Shown here: piece after piece, positions 51,212 to 64,000 of the stretch | Layout of the letters: each line of letters opens with the position of its first letter | How positions within the stretch are numbered: position 1 is the first letter of the stretch | Assembly (NCBI RefSeq): GCF_006345805.1 | Contig: NC_042998.1 | Coordinates: forward strand, 74,338,001 to 74,402,000 | DNA from: Octopus sinensis | Lineage: Eukaryota | Direction: 5' to 3' | DNA: 64,000 nucleotides | Position numbers and translations under genes: made by a program | Notes under the pieces: generated by a model | Told to the model about the DNA's origin: nothing | Databases searched by the model: none | The model's input: only the letters and a program-made list of their open reading frames with translations

Positions 51212-53053
51212 ATATATATAATGAAGTAGTGTATTCTGTGATGGTCTCTTTGTGTTCCTCGTAATGCCCTTGTTGGTTGGACATTCTCTATTATGTATTG
51301 TTATTGTTAATATATCTTGCCATTTTAAAATCCACCTTTTGTGCTTTTATCTTTACTTCATTGTGATCACCATAATCTCCTATTGTCTTCAGGTCAGTAG
51401 GCTATTGAAATGTTTTGAATTAAAGGCTTTTTAGTCCAAATGTAATCAAAAGGTGTGTGTGTATATATATTTGTGCATATGCACACATGCATATATCTGA
51501 ATGCATTACAAAATATGGGGCTAGCACCCAGAACTTGAATTTCTATAGTTATAACTTGCTCTGGGGAAAGCAAGCACACTTTTTCATTCTCTCTCTCTTT
51601 CACGCACACACTCTTTCCATTAAATGAAACTAGTCCCTGTATTTCATCTGTTTATCGACAATCATAGTACATGTAAGTTTGAACTTATTGATGTCTGAAC
51701 TATGTATATTTTTTATATTTTATTTAAATGTATCACAAATGTGCTTATTTTTCATTTGTTCTCTATTTAATGTCTTCAATTCGTTGAGTATTATTTGCAT
51801 TATTTGTAGTAACACAGCATATTTTGTTGTATCTGTTGGTTTTCTTGGAAACCTCACTGATGTCAAAAGTATGTCTTAATTCAAACCTTCAATGCTTAAT
51901 TAACCAACATGTCAACAGAACTCCAGTTAGAACCTGGGTTTGCATTCACGGTTGTAATGTGCAGCAGAAACATTTTCAGTTGGTTTGCTACTTATTTCCA
52001 GAAGATAAGTGAGGTAACATAAATCCAGAAACAAGAAAATATAAGTGACAGGTTTTAGCTGATCATTCTTTGCAATGTGAACATTTAAAGATGCATAAAT
52101 CCTACAGTGGCAATTGACTTTCTGTTTATTGCCCTGAATGTTTTTGCTTTATTCATTGTTTAATAATATATGGTATCAATAGTCAATTGTTATATCAACT
52201 CAGTAGGAAGATCACCATTTATCTTGAACAATGCAAATGCATTTGTTTGACCTTAAGATTGCATATTGTTTTCTCTTATTTGTGAGTGTTCACCTGTTAA
52301 TATGCTTCAACAGGATTAACTATTGCGCATAAGAATGTATACTTCTGTTTCATTTCAAAAATACGAAGTGATAGTTTTATAAATGAAGATTGGCAATCGT
52401 GTAGTATTTGAAGTTACTACATCTTAGACCCCATGAAAAACTACATGTAAAAATGGGATTAAATACAGTTGGATCCCTTGACTACAGAGAGTCTGTATTC
52501 TAGACAATTGCTTTATTATTTAGATCTTAGATAGGTTTGGCCACACCACCTAGGAATTACAATATTTTCGAGAAAATGTCAACAGTATAGTGTATATGTC
52601 CTTGAATCAAAGAAAATTTGCAGTCATAGGATATATTAATTTGTTACTGAGAACACTATTCTCACATTGTGTATATGTTAATAAACAGGGTAACTTATTG
52701 CCATTGGAATGTATTCAACAATCTTTTTTTCTTTATGGTAACCAACTAAATTACTTAGATAAGGAGCAACAAAATTGTTCAAGTGTTCCATTTAACATGC
52801 TTAACTATAAACCTGCCTTGTACAAACCAATGTAATCTCAGTTTGTTCTAACGTTGTGCCGTTTATGACCACTACCAAGACTACCTGAACTCTGGAATAT
52901 TAGTATTCTGATTTAGCTGAAGATATTTCTTTTTTGTTGCCATTTTTTTAAAAAATAAAAACAATCACTGAATTGTATTTTGGTTAAAATAGTTATTACA
53001 GTTCAAACTGATGAATCCAAGAATTATTTTGTTGCTGCAGTATTTGTTAATTC

Positions 53054-53090
53054 CTGTGGCACTGATTTTCTTAGAAAATCAGTGCCACAG
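53054..53090. repeat. Perfect 18-bp-arm palindrome with 1-nt spacer
   Basis: ctgtggcactgattttct-t-agaaaatcagtgccacag. Confidence 0.97.
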
Positions 53091-54222
53091 AGATAAGAGA
53101 ATTGAATTATGGTCCAAAATAACCAAATGCATGGCATTTCTTTTTCAGTAACTGAAATTTCTAGTCCCCCCCCCCCCCAATATCAGCTAAATAGAAATGT
53201 TCAAAACTTGTTTAAAATTAACAAAACATATAAAAATATTTTATCTGTCATTCAGTACATGGCGTTTTATTGTCCCAGGAATTTTCTTGACAATTTCTCT
53301 TTGTCTTTTTGTCAAATAATGTCAATTCTTTGTGTGAAAAAAAACCTTGTCTGTGATGCATGTTTGTTGCCTTAGGAATTGTTGTGGTTCTAATACATAA
53401 ATTATTAAAGATATACAGAGTTGTATTGCTTCTGTTTAGGAATTTATTAATTTGGTTAATTAAATGTAGTGTGGATCAGTCATTGTAAACACATCCAATC
53501 ATCGATCAGATAATTTTAATAACTGTATTTATGTACATTCCAAATAAGGCTGTCAGCACTGGATGATAGATCATTCTGTGAATATCTTGGAATGATTATT
53601 GATTATTATTGATCCTATGGACAAGGAAGAAATACTTGTTCAATTTCAAGGAATTGATGCATGCAGGCACACACACATGCACGCATTAAACTGCATTGCT
53701 GTACTAAAGATAGAAATTTTGAATGCAAAATAAATGTTCACAGCTTAAATTATTCAAATATTTATATTTGAAATAGAAACTACTATCCATACAACATAAC
53801 TTAATTGGTACCACAATCACTGTGTAGTTGAACATATTGAGATGACTTGTAAAATTTTCTTTCTCTCGTAAACATATATATATTTAAAAGGTTTATGCTT
53901 TAACATTTATTCTCAGGTAGACTTTCAGTGTTTGAAATACATTTCTTTGATAAAAGTATTTATTTCTTTGCTCCATTTTTACCAATATTACTTGCTGTGA
54001 AATTAAATAAATTATCAATGGAAAATGTTTTTCGAAGAGATCAAAAATATATGATTTATGGTGTATTGAAGTTGGCTTATTTCTTTCAGTTATTGAACAA
54101 AGAGTAGGTGACAGCCTCAGATATTTCGAAGTATAAATTCCTCATTGTTGTTAGCGTCTTTATACATATCCTTAGCTGACTGGTTATATATATCATCAAC
54201 ATCATTTAACAACTTTATATAT

Positions 54223-55410
54223 TATCATTACCATCATTGAATGTATGTTTTCCATGCTTGCATGGTTTGACAGTAGCTGGTAAGGCCAGGGGCTGCACCA
54301 GGTGTGTTGGCTGTTTTGGCATTATTTCTGTGGTTGGATGCCCTTTCCAATGCCAGCCTCTTTACAGAGTGTACCAGGTGCTTTTCTTGTGGCACCAACA
54401 CCATTGCTTTTTATGTAGCGCTTGTATTTTTTGCATGACACCAGCACCAACAGGGTCACAAAGTAACTTGCAAAACCCCTCACCTGGGAGGAGGGAGAAG
54501 TGAGGTGGGGGTGTGACTTTGTGCCAGTTGATGAGAGATTAGAGGGACTGGGGTACTGTCCTGCTGTTGAGTAGATACATAAATACTCCAGTTAAATAAG
54601 AGAGTTCGTTAGTAAGATAAAGGAAGCAATAGTGAGGGAGATGGTGGTGAAGAGGTGTCAGGACATGCCCTTGAGGGACACTGGGAATTGGTTGGGCAAG
54701 CAGGGTAGAGATGATTGACTAAAATATAGGCAAGGCTCAGGGGTGGGGTTATGGTAGGTATTTGAGGGCTCTGAAGGTGATAGTAGATAAGCAAGGGAGA
54801 GAGAAGACATAGAAAGGAGGTGATTAGTAGAGACCGGGTGGGGAAAGGTAATGGGAAATGGAAGTGGTTCGGGTGGGGAAGGAGGTAAATGAAAGGTGGT
54901 GGGTGTTAGGGGATGAAAGGCAGTGTGGGAAATGGTTAACAGGGTGGGGGCAAAGAGAATGCAAGCGAGCATGGAGCAGATCCCCTTGCAGAACAGCATT
55001 AACCAAGGTGGTTTGGACATCAATTCTGCTGTGGTAGATGGGTAATCTTGAATACAGCAAGGCACCAAATCTCTTAATCTTTTGATATTTCCTATGTTGT
55101 ATGGCCCAGTGTCTTGAGACTGACCTTCAATATTTCGTCCCATGTCTTCCTGGGTTTCCCTCTTACACATCTTCCATCTACTTTAAGTGATCAGCACTTT
55201 ATGCAGCTGCCCACACTCATCTGCATCACGTGACCAAACCAGCACAGTCATTCTCTAGAACACTGCTTCTAATTCTTCTTATGCATAACTTTTCTCTCAA
55301 TGCACTAGTGCTCTGTCGCTCATTGCACATTCAGTGGAGCATACTAGCTTCATTTCTCTTCAGTCTTCATGTCCTCTGCATTCAGAGCCCATCTACTATG
55401 TATTACTGTT
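54223..55410 (-). mobile_element. RTE LINE: ORF C-terminus plus long CT-rich 3' UTR and tail
   Basis: Minus strand reads WALNAED...LCWFGHVMQM...RCVRGKPRKTWDEILKVSLKTLG, then about 850 nt of UTR ending in the shared catggaaaacatacattcaatgatgg tail. Confidence 0.85.
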
Positions 55411-55755
55411 TGTATGCATGCATCATGCAGTCTTCTTTTCACTGGGAGTGAGAGACCTGAATTTTCTCCATCCTATTCTTCTAGCAATTACATTTTATGT
55501 ACAATCCCCCACTGCAAATTAGGTCTCTTAGGTAGTAGAAATTATTCAACCCCCCCCCCCACAAGGATCTCCAGGGCATTTGAGAAACTCAATTTCCTGT
55601 GTATCTGTAGTTTTTATGGCTCCTGTGTATCTCTGACATAGAAACACTACTTTTTCTAATAACCTTCCTATTATTTCACTGCACCTTTTGTGTGTCCATA
55701 ATTTGCACTGGGTACATTATATGGGATTCCTGCCTACATTTCCTACATATCATAT

Positions 55756-55799
<44 letters not shown>

Positions 55800-56090
55800 T
55801 ATATATTAATAAATAAAATAAAACATATGCATATATATAAACATTTATGTTACGTACCTACCTCTACATGTACATATACACGCATATATGAGTACAGGAC
55901 ACAAAAGGACGTCGAACACAATGAGAAACGAAAACATAGAACAAAACCAAAGGAACTGGACATTTTTTTTAAAACACACAAAAAAATAGAGTACAGGACA
56001 ATTAACACAAAGAAAAAAACCCTTCTTCAGTCACTATGGTTTCATCTACTCTACGTTTTGAAGGATATGTTATATTATATATATATATAT

Positions 56091-56464
56091 AGGCGCAGGA
56101 GTGGCTGTGTGGTAAGTAGCTTGCTAACCAACCACATGGTTCTGGGTTCAATCCCACTGCGTGGCATCTTGGGCAAGTGTCTTCTGCTATAGCCCCGGGC
56201 CGACCAATACCTTGTGAGTGGATTTGGTAGACGGAAACTGAAAGAAGCCTGTCGTATATATGTGTCTGTGTTTGTCCCCCTAGCATTGCTTGACAACCGA
56301 TGCTGGTGTGTGTTTACGTCCCCGTCACTTAGCGGTTCGGCAAAAGAGACCGATAGAATAAGTACTGGGCTTACAAAGAATAAGTCCCGGGGTCGATTTG
56401 CTCGACTAAAGGCGGTGCTCCAGCATGGCCGCAGTCAAATGACTGAAACAAGTAAAAGAGTAAA
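56091..56464 (+). mobile_element. Young full-length tRNA-derived SINE
   Basis: A-box-like TGGCTGTGTGG at 56102, B-box GGTTCAATCC at 56145, cttgggcaagtgtctt core, 3' gatagaataagtact...ggggtcgat...gactgaaacaagtaaaagag; CpGs intact. Confidence 0.9.
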
Positions 56465-56474
56465 TATATATATA

Positions 56475-56507
<33 letters not shown>

Positions 56508-57553
56508 TATGTTATATGTAAAATATATATGTATATAAATATATGTTATATATATTGTATATATATATATGTATATAAATATTGTATATATATTATATGT
56601 ATATAGTATATGTATATGTATAATATATGTATATATGTGTATATATATATAATATGTGTATATTATATATATATTTATATTGTGTATATATATATATGTA
56701 ATATGGTGTATATATATATGTATATATATGTGTATATAATATGTATATGTGTATATATATATGTATATATATATATTATTGTATGTATATATATGTATGT
56801 ATGTATATGTATGTATGGTATATATATGTATGTATATATGTATGTATGTATATATATATGTATGTATATATATGTAATATATGTATATGTATATATGTAT
56901 GTATATATATCTTATGTATATATATATGTATGTATGGTATATGTATGTATGTATAGTAGTATGTATATATGAGTATGTATGTATATATGTATGTATGTAT
57001 ATATATATGTATGTATGTATATATTATGTATGTTTATATAATGTATATATGTATTATATATTGTATGTATGTATATATATATGTATGTATATATATAATA
57101 TGTATGTATATAATATATGTATGTATGTATATATATATTATGTATGTATATATATATTGTAGTATTATATATATATAGTATGTATGTATATATATATATA
57201 TGTATATGTATATATATATATTATGTATGTATATATATATATTATGTATGTATATTATATATGTATGTATGTATATATATATGTATTATGTAATATATAT
57301 CTATGTAATGTATTATATATATATGTATGTATGTATATATATGTATGTTATATATGTATGTATATATATATAATGTATATAAATGTATATGTGTATGTAT
57401 ATATATAGTGTATATATATATATATGTATGTATATATGTATGTATATATGTATGTATATATATTATGTATGTATATATATATGTATGTATATATATATTA
57501 TGTATATATATATATGTATGTATATATATATGTATGTATATATATATGGTATG

Positions 57554-57721
<168 letters not shown>

Positions 57722-57796
57722 TATATGTATATATATGTATGTATATATATATATATGTATATATATATATGTATGTATATATGTATGTGTATATAT

Positions 57797-58300
57797 ATCA
57801 TCATCATCATTTAACGTCCGCTTTCCATGCTAGCATGAGTTGAACGGTTCAATTGGGGTCTGGGGAGCCCGAAGGCTGCACCAGGCCAGTCAGATCTGGC
57901 AGTGTTTCTACAGCTGGATGCCCTTCCTAACGCCAACCATTCCGAGAGTGTAGTGGGTGATTTTATGTGCCACCGACACAGGTGCCAGACGAGGCTGGTG
58001 AACGGCCTGCTCGGATGGGGTTTTTTATGTGCCACCGACACAGTTGTCAGACGAGGCTGGCAGACGGCCTCGCTCGGATGGTGTTTTTTATGTGCCACTG
58101 ACACAGGTGCCAAACGAGGCTGGCGAACGGCCACGATCGGATGGTGTGTGTTACGTGCCCACAGCACGGAGGCCAGTCGATGCGGTACTGGCTACGGCCA
58201 CGTTCGGATGGTTTTCTTATGTGCCACCGGCACTGGTACCACAAAGATACAAATTCCATTGATGTTCATCTATTTTGATTTGGTTTGATTTTGATTTTCA
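57797..58300 (-). mobile_element. RTE 3' UTR-type element with five internal ~63-bp units
   Basis: (ATC)n tail, ttaacgtccgctttccatgctagc...; GTGCCAC-core units start at 57966, 58028, 58091, 58154 and 58220; ends with (TTTGA)-like repeats. Confidence 0.9.
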
Positions 58301-58335
58301 CATGTATATATATATGTATGTATGTGTATATATAT

Positions 58336-58441
<106 letters not shown>

Positions 58442-59503
58442 GTATGTATGTATATGTATGTATGTATATGTATGTATGTATATGTATGTATGTATGTATA
58501 TGTATGTATGTATATGTATGTATATATATGTATGTATATGTATGTATATATATGTATATATATGTAATGTATGTATGTATATATATGTATATATATGTAT
58601 ATGTAGTATATGTATATGTATATGTATGTAGTATATGATGTATATGTATGTATGTATATGTATGTATATATATGTATATATATGTATATATTATATGTTA
58701 TATATATATGTATATATATGTATGTATGTATGTATAATTAGGTATATATATGTATATATATGTATGTATATATATTATGTATATATGTATGTATATATAT
58801 GTATGTATTGTATGTATATATATGTATGTATATGTATGTATATATATGTATATATATGTAGTATATATATGTATATTATGTATGTATATATATGTATATA
58901 TGTATGTATATATATGTATATATATGTATGTATTATATAGTATATATAGTATGTATATATATGTATATAGTATGTATATATATGTATGTATATATATATA
59001 TATTATATGTGTATATATATATATGTATATATGTGTATATATATATATATGTTATATATATATAGTATGTTATGATGTATATATATGTATATGTATGTAT
59101 ATATATGTATGTATATGTATGTATATATATGTATGTATATGTATGTATATATATGTATATATGATTGTAGATGTATTATATATGTATATATATGTATATA
59201 TGTATGTATATGTATGTATGTATATTATGTATATATGTATATATATGTATATATATGTGTATATATGTATATATATGTATATATATGTGTATTAGATATG
59301 TATATATATGTGTATATATATATGTATATATATGTATATATATGTATATATATGTGTATATATATATATATATATATGTGTATATATATTATGTGTATAT
59401 ATATGTATATATATGTATATATGTATATATATATGTATATATATGTATATATATGTATATATGTATATATGTATATGTATATGTATATATATATGTATAA
59501 TAT

Positions 59504-59541
<38 letters not shown>

Positions 59542-59802
59542 GTATATATATTATATATGTATATATATATGTATTATATATATATATGCATATATCTCTG
59601 TATATGTATGTATATATATATGTGTATATATTATATATGTATATATATATGTATATATTATAATATGTATATATATGTATATATATATATCTGTATATGT
59701 ATGTATATAATATAGTGTATATATATATATAATGTATATATATATGTATATATATATATATATGTATATATATATGTATATAGATATATGTATATATATA
59801 TG

Positions 59803-59898
<96 letters not shown>

Positions 59899-59915
59899 TG
59901 TATATATATTATATG

Positions 59916-59948
<33 letters not shown>

Positions 59949-60368
59949 GTATATATGTATATATATGTATATATATATGTATATATGTATATATATGTAT
60001 ATATATATGTATTATGTATATATATATGTTATATATATATGTATATATGTATATATATATATGTATATATGTATATATGTATATATGTATATATATGTAT
60101 ATATGTATATATTATATGTATATATATGTATATATGCATATATATCTGTATATGTATGTATATATATATATATGTGTATATATATATATATGTGTAATAT
60201 ATATATATGTATATATATATGTGTATATATATGTATATATATATGTATATATATATGTATGTATTATATATGTATGTATATATATATGTATATATATATG
60301 TATAGTATATATATGTATATATATATATGTTAATATATATGTATATATATATATGTATTATATATATG

Positions 60369-60435
<67 letters not shown>

Positions 60436-60500
60436 GTATATATATTATATATGTATATATATATATATAGTATATTATATATATTATGTATATATATATG

Positions 60501-60531
<31 letters not shown>

Positions 60532-61424
60532 GTATCTAATATGTATATATATATATGTATATATATATGTATATATATATATGTATATATATATATGTAT
60601 ATTATATGTATATATATATATGTATATATATATATGTATATATATATATGTATATATATATATATGTATATATATATATGTATATATATATATGTATATA
60701 TATATATGTATTATATATATATGTATATATATATGTGTATATATATTGTGTTATATATATGTGTATATATATGTGTATATATATATGTATATATATGTGT
60801 ATATATAGTGTATATATATGTGTATATATATATAATATATATATATATGTGTATATGTATATATGTGTATATGTATATATATGTATATATATATGTGTAT
60901 ATATATATGTGTATATATATATGTATATATATGGTATATATATGTGTATATATATGTGTGTATATATATGTGTATATATATATGTATATATATATGTATA
61001 TGTATATGTATATGTATATATATGTATATGTATATGTATATGTTATATATATGTATAGTATATGTATATGTATATGTATATGTATTATATATGTATATAT
61101 ATATGTATATGTATATATATATGTATATATATATATGTATATGTAATATAGTATTATATATATATGTATATATATGTATATGTATATATATATGTATATT
61201 ATATATGTATAGATATATATATATATATATGTATAGTATATGTGTATATATATATGTATATGTATATATATATGTATATATATATGTATATGTATATGTA
61301 TATGTATATATATATATATGTATATGTATATGTTATATATATATATGTATATGTAATTAATATATATATGTATGTATATATTATGTATATATATATGTAT
61401 TATATATATATGTATATATATATA

Positions 61425-61468
<44 letters not shown>

Positions 61469-61542
61469 ATATATATATAATATGTATATATTATATATGT
61501 ATATATATATATTGTATATATTATATGTGTATATATATAGTG

Positions 61543-61573
<31 letters not shown>

Positions 61574-62894
61574 GTATATATATATGTGTATATATATGTG
61601 TAATATATATGTATATATATATATTATATATATGTATATATATATATAATATGTATATATATATGTATATATATATGTAGATATGTATATATGTATATAT
61701 AGTGTATTATATATTGTATATATATATGTGTATATATATGTATATATATATATATGTGTATATATATATGTATATATATTATATATATATATGTATATAT
61801 ATGTATATATATATATAGTATATATATGTATATATGTATATATATATATATGTATATATATATATTATGTATATATTATATGTATATATTATATGTATAT
61901 ATATATGTAATATATGTGTATATATATGTGTATATATATGTGTGTATATATGTGTGTATATATATGTATATATATATGTATATATATATATGTATATATA
62001 TATATGTGTATATATATATGTGTATATATATATGTGTATATATATATGTGTATATATATATGTGTAATATATATATGTGTATATATATGTGTAATATAGT
62101 GTATATATATGTGTATATATATGTATGTATATATATGATATATTATTGTATGTATATATATGTGTATATATATATGTATGTATATATATGTGTATATATA
62201 TATGTGTATATATATATGTGTATATATATATGTGTATATATATATGTATGTATATATATGTGTATATATATGTGTATATATATATGTGTATATATATATG
62301 TATATATATATATATGTATATATATATATGTATATGTATATATAATATATATGTATATATATATGTATATGGTATGTTATGATATATATATGTATATATA
62401 TATGTATATGTGTATATTATATATATGTATAATATATATATGTATAATATATGTATATGTGTATATTTATATATTATGTATATATATATATATATATATA
62501 TAGTATATGTGTATATATTATATATATGTACATATATATATGTATATATATATGTATATGTTATATTATATATAGATGTATATGTATATGTGTATATTTA
62601 TATATATATGTATATGTATATGTGTATATTTATATATATATGTATGTATATATATATGTGTATATTTATATATATATGTATATATATATATGTGTATATT
62701 TATATATATATGTATATATATATATTGTATATTTATATATATATGTGTAATTATATGTGGATATTTATATATATATTGTATATATATGTGTATATTTATA
62801 TATTATGTATATATATATGTGTATATTTATATATATAGTGATATATATGTGTATATTTATATATATATGTATATATATGTGTATATATATAATA

Positions 62895-63276
62895 TACTAG
62901 CAGTATCGCCCGGCGTTGCTCAGGTTTGTAAGGGAAAAACTATAAAGCATTTTTAGGGAGTTATAGCCAAAAAATAGCAAAAAAATGAAAAAAAGATGTG
63001 TAAATTTTTTTTGAGAGTGAAAAAAGGTGGAGTTGCGTCCCTAGACAGTTTGCGGTTTGTGTTCCTGATTCTCGACCCCATGTCGAATTTATCGATTTTT
63101 TTTCAGAACTGGGGGAACTTTTCAAAATTTTCGCTACGTTAGTTTTGAATTATGACATTGGGCTATGTGTGTGTCAGTTTCATCAGAATCGGTTGAAAGC
63201 CGTGGTCAGGGTGAGGGTATATAAACAGACACACAGAAACACGCACAGACAAACTGCCGTTTATATATAGAGAGAT
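62895..63276 (+). mobile_element. Non-autonomous Helitron-like element
   Basis: 5' tACTAGcagtatcGCCCGGCGTTGCTCAGG (hairpin-like) and 3' acagacacacagaaacacgcacagacaaactgccgtttatatatagagagat. These ends resemble Lep1/HINE-type elements; inserted in TA repeats; CpG-rich. Confidence 0.6.
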
Positions 63277-64000
63277 GTATATATATATGTGTATATTTAT
63301 ATATATATGTATATATATATATGTATATATATATATGTATATATGTATATTTATATATATATATGTATATGTGTATATTTATATATATATGTATGTATAT
63401 GTGTATATTTATATATATAATGTATGTATATGTTATATTATATATATATGTATATATATATGTAATGTGTATATTATATATGTATGTATATGTGTATATT
63501 ATATATATATATATGTATAATATATTGTATGTATATATATATGTATATGTATATGTGTATATTTATATATATATGTATATATATAATGTATGTATATATA
63601 TGTATGTATATATATGTATATATATGTATGTATATATATATATATATGTATATATATGTATATATATATGTTATATAATGTATAATATATGTATATATAT
63701 ATATGTGTATGTATATATATATATGTATATATATATGTATATATATATGTATATATATATGTATATATATATGTATATATATATGTATATATATATGTAA
63801 TATATATTATTGTATATATTATGTATATATATATATATGTATATATATATGTATATATATGTTAATATGTATATGTGTATATATAATGTGTGTATATATA
63901 TGTATATGTGTGTATATATATATATATGTATATGTGTATATATATGTGTGTGTATATGTTATGTTGTATATATATATGTGTGTGTTATATTATATGTGTA

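Noticed and set aside
55850-56070. Repeat-like segment with CTGAAGA and caaaac on the minus strand (possible PLE end or ribozyme)
   Set aside because: Core motifs are mutated and the stems do not close; family not assignable from sequence alone.
56101-56165. tRNA-like sequence with A and B boxes
   Set aside because: Head of a SINE with several diverged copies in the window; no acceptor stem or cloverleaf, so not called a tRNA gene.
57960-58250. Regularly spaced repeats resembling a CRISPR array (also 47125-47554)
   Set aside because: The intervening sequences are homologous to each other rather than unique spacers; eukaryotic intron context; no cas genes.

Overview
AT-rich, repeat-dense eukaryotic genomic DNA. 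The tRNA-derived SINEs, RTE LINE 3' ends and dense (AT)n/(AC)n tracts look like a coleoid cephalopod, probably Octopus; this is inference from repeat style, not a database hit. The whole window appears to lie inside one large + strand gene for a CELF/Bruno/CUGBP RNA-binding protein of the CELF1/2 type. Two RRM1 exons are certain (43829-43998 and 50605-50687, phases compatible). An upstream coding exon (17493-17668) joins them in phase. Several candidate alternative first exons, a 30-nt microexon and a poison/uORF exon can be read from splice signals and phase alone. The next RRM exon lies beyond the window. Introns contain RTE, Hero-like, R4/NeSL-like and Penelope-like retroelement remnants, tRNA-SINEs, TTAA (piggyBac-type) and hAT-Charlie MITEs, a Tc1/mariner remnant and a Helitron-like element. 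The last 7.5 kb is a strand-asymmetric TA/TG microsatellite. The most unusual observations are: (i) a cluster of near-perfect short inverted duplications at 11-14 kb that look like templated insertions and would form dsRNA stems in the pre-mRNA; (ii) a complex 5' exon architecture; (iii) the giant UGUAUAUA-rich intronic tract; (iv) a 37-bp perfect hairpin. None of the ORFs called in low-complexity DNA are considered real.
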